64,000 bases of DNA from Octopus vulgaris (Eukaryota), in NCBI GenBank assembly GCA_951406725.2, contig OX597826.1, positions 70,308,001 to 70,372,000 on the forward strand, in the 5' to 3' direction. The position numbers were made by a program, and so were the translations under genes. This document shows, piece after piece, positions 53,001-61,200 of the stretch (its first letter is position 1; each line of letters opens with the position of its first letter). The notes beneath the pieces are model-generated. The model was not told where the DNA came from, did no database searches, and was given only the letters and a program-made list of their open reading frames with translations.

Positions 53001-55118
53001 TACAATCGTTTCATGCTACTTCATTTAATTAAACAATGTAAGTATTACTAACATTGTTTAATTAAATGAAGTAGCATGAAACGATTGTACTATGCTACTT
53101 TGGATATCCTTGTTGCGTATTTTGATTATAATCACCACATTTGATTTATATGGATAATACCATACCAAATTTAACTTAAGTACCATATTCATCTGAATCT
53201 AAATTTTGCTGAACTTATATATGTATGTATATATGTATGTATGCAAATGTATGTTTATATCTACAGTTTTATTCATGAGAACCAATGTAAATATCTACAT
53301 CTGCGTAAATACACTCACACACATCTACAACTTTCCTCTCAAGTACATCGAATGCAAAAATGATGGCTATAATAAGGTCCACAGTGTATATATTATATAT
53401 CTGTTCAAATATACATAGATGTCCATAGCTGTCAAACATGTGTTTATATCGTGTCCATTGCTATCAAATATATGTATATTTTGTCCAGAGCTGTCAAGTG
53501 TGTGTATGTGTCCATTGCTGTCAGATGTGTATATATATATTGCTCATTGCCATCATATGTGTGTATATATTGACCATTGCTATTAAATGTGTGTACTTTG
53601 TCCATTGCCATTTAAGATGTATGTATATATATTTGTCGAATAAAATGTTTGTCATATATCTCTTATGTGGATTGGTCAGTTCTGAGGTCTAAAGTCCAGC
53701 TTCTTTCTCATGCCTGTCTGTGTTTGGCAAAAACCCTTTCATTGATGCATTTACCGAAATCTAAGCTTATCATTGTATATAAGGACACAGGAAAAATGTG
53801 TCAAAGCCATCAGGAGGCGTCAATGTTTCCTAGGGCTAAACAGCGTTAGTGTACCCCCCTACTGTCACGTTCGTGTTAGATTGACAGTATACAGCCATTC
53901 TATCGCCCCACCACCGTACATGTCTCTACGAGAGATTTAGAAATTTAGTATTTCTAAGCTTATCATTGAATCAGTGAAAACCTAACAAGGTTTTTATTCA
54001 AGAGAACTTAACTTTCCAGTTATAATTATTATCATTAGGCGGCGAGCTGGCAGAATCATTAGCACACTGGGCGAAATGCATAGCAGTATTTTATCTGTCG
54101 CTACATTCTGAGTTCAAATTCAGCCGAGGTCGACTCTGCCTTTTATCCTTTCGGGGTCGATAAATTAAATACCAGTTACACACTGGGGTTGGTGTAATCA
54201 ACTAAACCCCTCTCCTTGTGCCTTTAGTAAAAAGGATTATTATTGTTGTTGTTTGGAGGTGGTGAGTTAGCAGAACCGTAACAGTATCAGAACAAATGCT
54301 TTGTAGCATCTATTTTGGCCCTTTAAATTTTGAGTTAAAATCCCAACTTTGCCTTGCACCCTTACAGCGTCGATCTCTTAAATATTTCTTTGTCTTGTGC
54401 CTAACCTTTTAGCATTCAGATTACTTTGTCAACTGGAATGCTTATCTATTCACCATGCTTCAAATCATTCAAGCATTTTCTCACAGCTTCAAGATTTTGA
54501 TGACGTGCTTGTTTATAATTAGAATGACATTGTTGGGTAAATGTGAGATGCTGGATCTGGATGATTTGAACATAAAACAAGTCAGATATTTTGGTTGGAC
54601 ATGACTTGTTTAAATGCTAAACAGTTAAATTAAAAGCAATTGTTGTTATCAAGGGTAATAATTGACAGAACTGTTAGTGGGTTGGACAAAAATACTATGT
54701 GGTATTTCTTCTGACTCTTTACATTCTGGGTTCAAATCCTGACTAAATTAACTTTGCCTTTTATCCCTTCAAGATCAATAAAATAGGTACCAGGCGTGCA
54801 TTGAGATCAATGTAATCAACATACCCCATGCCCTAAAACTGCTGGCATTGTGCTAAAATTTGAAACCATTATTAATAATATTACTGTTATTAAGGCAGCG
54901 AGATGGCAGAATCATTAGCACGCCAGGCATAATACCTAGTGGCATTTCGTCCGTCTTTACATTCTGAGTTCAAATTCTGCTGAGGTCGACTTTGCCTATC
55001 ATCCTTTCAGGGTCGATAAATTAAGTACCAGTTGCGCATTGGGGTTGATATAGTCGACTCATCTCTTCCCCCTAAATTGCTTCCGTTGTGGAAAAATTTG
55101 AAACCATCATCATTATTA

Positions 55119-55156
<38 letters not shown>

Positions 55157-55724
55157 TATCATCATCATCATCATCATTATTACAGTCTTTTTTTCTCTGT
55201 TATTACACCAAGCACAGCTCTCCGGGTGCCTTGGGTATGAGTAATGTTTTGTTTTTGTTTGTTTGTGGGTTCTTTTCGTTTTCTATTGTACTGAGCGTTT
55301 TTCTATATATATGTATATATATATATATTCATTTGTGCCGTGTCTGGTTTTCTGTGACTTACGTATGATGTCTTATTCTGTGGTACTCTACATAATATGT
55401 ATGTATATCACTTACTTGTAATATTTTCTGTATATTACATATTTGTGTGTGTCTTACCCCCTCGGGTACCCTACACAGTATTTGTGTAGGGCATAGTTGT
55501 ACAACTTTCTCTGTGTGTGTGTGTGGGTAATTTTTTTTGGTGTTTTAGTCCTACATTCGTCTCCTTTGTCACTGTCATCCTCCAGATATGTAATCTATAA
55601 GGGGTTTATTTCTATTTTCTGTCCCCAGATTCTAGGTAGCAAATATATGCAAGAATTTTTTTAAATATTTTTGATAGATTTCTCCATTCAATTCTAATTG
55701 TTGTTGATCTTGTTGTTGTTATTA

Positions 55725-55755
<31 letters not shown>

Positions 55756-55924
55756 AAATTGATGAAGATTGACGTAACTCGTTCAGAAGGTAAATACACA
55801 ATTAAAAGAGTGTGAACCAGATGTCGTCAGTCATATTATCAACATACTGTTCATTTTAATAAGCAAAGTCAATCTGTTTTTCATTATATATCACATCACG
55901 CTCTTCTAATTGTGATTATTATTA

Positions 55925-55967
<43 letters not shown>

Positions 55968-55978
55968 CATTATCATCA

Positions 55979-56018
<40 letters not shown>

Positions 56019-56077
56019 CATCATCATTATCATTATTATTATCATTATCATTATTATTATTGTTATTATTATTATTA

Positions 56078-56114
<37 letters not shown>

Positions 56115-56307
56115 CATTAATATTATTATCATTAGTATTATTATTATCATTATTATCATTATTATTATCATTATTATTATTATTATCATTAATATCATTA
56201 TTATTATTATTATCATTAATATCATTATCATTAATATTATTATTATCATTATTATCATTATTATTATCATTATTATTATTATTATTACCATTATCATTAT
56301 TATTATT

Positions 56308-56381
<74 letters not shown>

Positions 56382-56388
56382 CATTATT

Positions 56389-56429
<41 letters not shown>

Positions 56430-57133
56430 CATCATTATTATTATTATTTTCATTATTCGCTAAGTGATCATGTATCTTAAGGTATTATGCATATATATAT
56501 ATATATATATCATATCCCTCATAGATTTATAAATATAAAGTATATATAAAGTAGAAAACTATTTGAATTTTGGTGAATGTGAGGGTGTCAATATGCATGT
56601 ATGTATGTATGTACGTATGTATATATATATATTTATATGTACACATATATAAATATTGTGTATGCATATATTTGATATTTTCTATTTCATATTCAGAAAA
56701 ACTCTTTGGTCGTAAGTGTGAAGCTCCAATTTTGCATGCTTCCTCCTCCTCCTCTTGTGTCATCTTCAGTTTGGACATGTTTAACCTTGACCATGACCTC
56801 AACCATGACCTTTCGTTGCTCACCCTCTATCTATTCTCTATCTCTCTCTCCACCCCCACCACCACATTTACACTTCTAGATTTTGCAGTTTGATTTTTTT
56901 TTTTGTCATTTTTTGCCTATTCAGTACATTTGATTTCACCTTCAACACTAAACTGTTTTATTTGTGTCGAAATGCATTGTGCATCGGTGTTTTGCATTCC
57001 TGCACTATATTGTTGCACCTCTGTGCAAATTCATATATATATATATGTGTGTGTGTTTGTGTTTATTATGTATGTGTATGTGTGTTTGTGTGTGCGCACA
57101 TATTTACTCACATGCATATGCATATATGCATAC

Positions 57134-57192
<59 letters not shown>

Positions 57193-57689
57193 TACATAGA
57201 TATATATTATATCCATATATATGTATATATACACATTTACCATCCACTACAAATCTATATATATATACATGTGTGAAGAAACAATGTATGCATGGGTGTA
57301 TATATATACTTACCTATATATATATATATACATACATATACACACAGGCACACATACATTTGTATCATGTAAAATGACCGGCCAAGTACACATGTACTTG
57401 TATACATGCAATATAAACTACTATATATTATACATGTGTGTATATATGTATAATATATATATATATACACACACACAGAGACACACACAAATGCATATGT
57501 AACATTGATGGTTATTCTGATTGTCCAGCATATTCATCTTCAATGTAACCAATGTAAGTAAGCCTTGTTTGGTTTAATTAAAGACCATATTGTGGGTGGA
57601 CATGTCCAAAAGAAATTTTCCTCTTGAGAATATATTTTTTATAATTGCTGTTGTTATTGTGTTTATTGTTGTTATTATTGTTTTTTGTT

Positions 57690-57730
<41 letters not shown>

Positions 57731-57778
57731 CATTATTGTAAATTTACTGTGTGGCTCTCTTAATTTTTACCTTGTTAT

Positions 57779-57843
<65 letters not shown>

Positions 57844-58222
57844 TATATATATATATACACATATATATATTTGTTGTTTAACATTTTTAAAACTATTTTA
57901 TGTGTAACTTTGAAACATCTGCTATTTCCCTTTAATTTTGCATTTGTTTAATCTCCAGTTTGTTGTTTCATATCTTAATTTTTATACCTTTTCATGACTA
58001 GTTTAGTTATATTGTGATTCAGTTCTTTCTATAACATTTTTACACCACATTTGCTGTGCTTTATAAACAGTTCAAACATCTCATGTTTTCAGTTTCTTGT
58101 ATTTTTCTGTTATTTTTTTTCCCCCTTTTTTTATCTTTTCAGCCTCTGTCGTCCTATTTGTGGCTCTGTTATGTTAATGTTATAGATAGTTAGACCTTTA
58201 TCACACTGCTGTTACATCCCTG

Positions 58223-58256
<34 letters not shown>

Positions 58257-61200
58257 TCTTCTTGTAGTTGTGGGTCTCATCGTTCTTCCATATTTGTGTC
58301 ACACACGTGTTACATGCCAACAACAATTTTCAATTTTCTTTTCCTTATTATGCAGATGGCATATCTCTGTTACCGTATTTATTGCTTTGGTTATCTTGAA
58401 AGCCTTTCCACATGCCCCTGTGTCACATACATGTGTCACATCCCTGCTACATTACTCCTTGTTACACCTCCCCACTACAGTCTGTTTTGGAGAAATTGTT
58501 GTCACACTTCTGTCACACTGATGCTAGAGTTTCTGTTGTTCTGGTTATTGTTACAGCCCTAATTACTATTCTGTTATTACACCAGTTCTTATTGCAGTGT
58601 TGGTACATATGTTACCATCTTCTTACATAACTTTCAGAATTCTTCCACATGAAGGCGGTGAGCTGGCAGAAACGTTAGCACATCGAGCGAAATGCTTAGC
58701 GGTATTTCGTCTGCTGTTATGTTCTGAGTTCAAATTCCACCAAGGTCGACTTTGCCGTTCATTCGTTTGAGGTTGATAAATTAAGTACCTATTTCTTTAG
58801 TACCCACAAGGGGCTAAACACAGAGGGGACAAACAAGGACAGACAAACAGATTAAGTCGATTACATTGACCCCAGTGCGTAACTGGTGCTTAATTTATCG
58901 ACCCCAAAAGGATGAAAGGCAAAGTCTACCTTAGCGGAATTTGAACTCAGAACATATTGGCAGACGAAATAACGGCTACGCATTTCGCCCTGCATGCTGA
59001 CGTTTCTGCCAGCTCGCCACCAAATTAAGTACCAGTTATGCGCTGGAGTCGATGTAATCGACTTAATCCCTTTGTCTGTCCTTGTTTGTCCCCTCTGTAT
59101 TTAGCCCCTTGTGGGTAATAAAGAAATAAGTATTCTTCCACATGTGTCTTGACTCATGGCAGATTTTTACCTGTATGTCACAGGCCTGATACATGCTTTC
59201 CATTGTTCTTCCCAAAGTATCTCCATTCTTGACACATTTCTGTCGTACATGTCACGGCCTTGTTACATACATGAATATTTCATTTATCACAAAAATCTTT
59301 ATACTGGTTACTTCAAATAAATATTTACATCATGTAATAACCTATTTATGACGGCATGCCTATATTATTAATAGATAAATAATTAACACTTTTACTGCAG
59401 AAATCAACCAGCTCCACTCAAAATTTCATTACCCGTAACTGCAGATGGTAGTTTTACATACCAATTTGTCTTTTGTTGAGGAATTCATGTTTGGAATTAT
59501 TTCTTGTTGAAATATGCCAAGTCTAGTGTGGCAATTGTGGAGGCGCAATGGCCCAGTGGTTAGGGCAGCGGACTCGCGGTCGTAGGATCGCAGTTTCGAT
59601 TCCCAGACCGGGCGTTGTGAGTGTTTATTGAGCGAAAACACCTAAAGCTCCATGAGGTTCCGGCAGGGGACGGTGGTGATCTCTGCTGTACTCTTTCACC
59701 ACAACTTTCTCTCACTCTTACTTCCTGTTTCTGTTGTACCTGTATTTCAAAGGGCCGGCCTTGTCACTCTCTGTGTCACGCTGAAGATCCCCGAGAACTA
59801 CGTTAAGGGTACACGTGTCTGTGGAATGCTCAGCCACTTACACGTTAATTTCACGAGCAGGCTGTTCCGTTGATTCGGATCAACTGGAACCCTCGTCGTC
59901 GTAACCGACGGAGTGCTTCCATCCAGTGTGGCAATGAGATTTCCAGAAAATACCAATGCCATTTCTTGGTAGATGTTTAGCATCATTTTTAGAATAATCT
60001 TGGAATCTTATATCAACAGTGAAAGGCTTAAATATTGAATTTTATGTCATAACTTTTTTGGTTTTTTTTTTTTATTAATTAGTTTGTTGTATGATTAACA
60101 TCTATTCACTGATTTCTTAAACTATTTTTAATCGCTTTTCAGGAGGATCGTCCAACAGGTTTTGACATCTTAAAATTCGAACTCACCGATGATGATTTGC
60201 CACCAAATGGCGCCCCGTTCTCGTTTGACATTATTTCAGGTGTTGGTAAGGAGAGGTTTCGAGTGGACAATGAAGGCAAGCTGCTAACTGTCCGAGACCT
60301 CAACCAGAGCATTAAGGACCGCTATGAACTGACTATTAGAGCCTTTGACAGTGGAAGCCCTCCTTTGTACTCCGATGCAACTGTGACCATTGAGGTAACT
60401 GAGGAGAGTACAGTGCCTCCCAAGATATCCAACCTGAAAATCTCAATCAACTCCTATCAAGACAAATTCCCTGGTGGGATCATTGGCAAAGTTTCCGCTG
60501 AAGACCCAGACATTCATGATTCCCTTAAGTATAGTATTGTCTCTTCGAATCTTCATCTATTTGATATTCATGAGAACGATGGCCGTATTATTGCGAAGCC
60601 AGGTCTAGATGCCGGCCGGTATGTCATTGATGTGAAAGTCTCAGATGGTAGGTATGATTCTTATGGCCAAGCTAACGTCGACGTCAGCGTTACCACTGAT
60701 GAAATGGTCAAGAATGCTGTAACCATTCGTCTTGGTAATATCCAAGCTGATGATTTTTTGAGGCAGCAGTCTAGAAACTTCATCAAGGTCTTGAAGAACG
60801 AATTATCTGTTCGGGCTAGAGACATTGAAATAATCAGCCTGCAACCCGCTGACATCAGTACAGGTGCACAGAGCAGGCGTAAGAGGTCTACATCCGAAGA
60901 TCTTGATGTTTTGTTTGCTGTGAGGATGTCTCATAATAGTTTCATCCGTGTTAACACACTACGAAGGAAAGTTCAGAATGCTACCCCTAAAATACAGTCA
61001 GCGCTCAACCTGAAAGTCATGAAAGTATTTAGTGATGTCTGTGAGAAGGACACATGTGATACGGGATCGTGCATTGGCTTTGTGGACTTTGACAAGGAAA
61101 ATCCTATTGTTACTGAGATTGGCGAACAAAGTTTTGTCTCACTGAAGTACCGGTACACTTATGAGTGTAAATGTCTTGATAGTAAGTTCTCATTTTACCA

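Noticed and set aside
55213-55640. AG/GT-bounded segments at 55218..55234 (17 nt) and 55630..55636 (7 nt)
   Set aside because: Each shifts frame and together they end in TAG; weak signals, so chance is likely, although a poison-exon role is not excluded.
59537-59610. tRNA-like sequences at SINE heads
   Set aside because: A and B boxes are present but they continue into repeat bodies and lack a clean acceptor stem; not called as tRNA genes.
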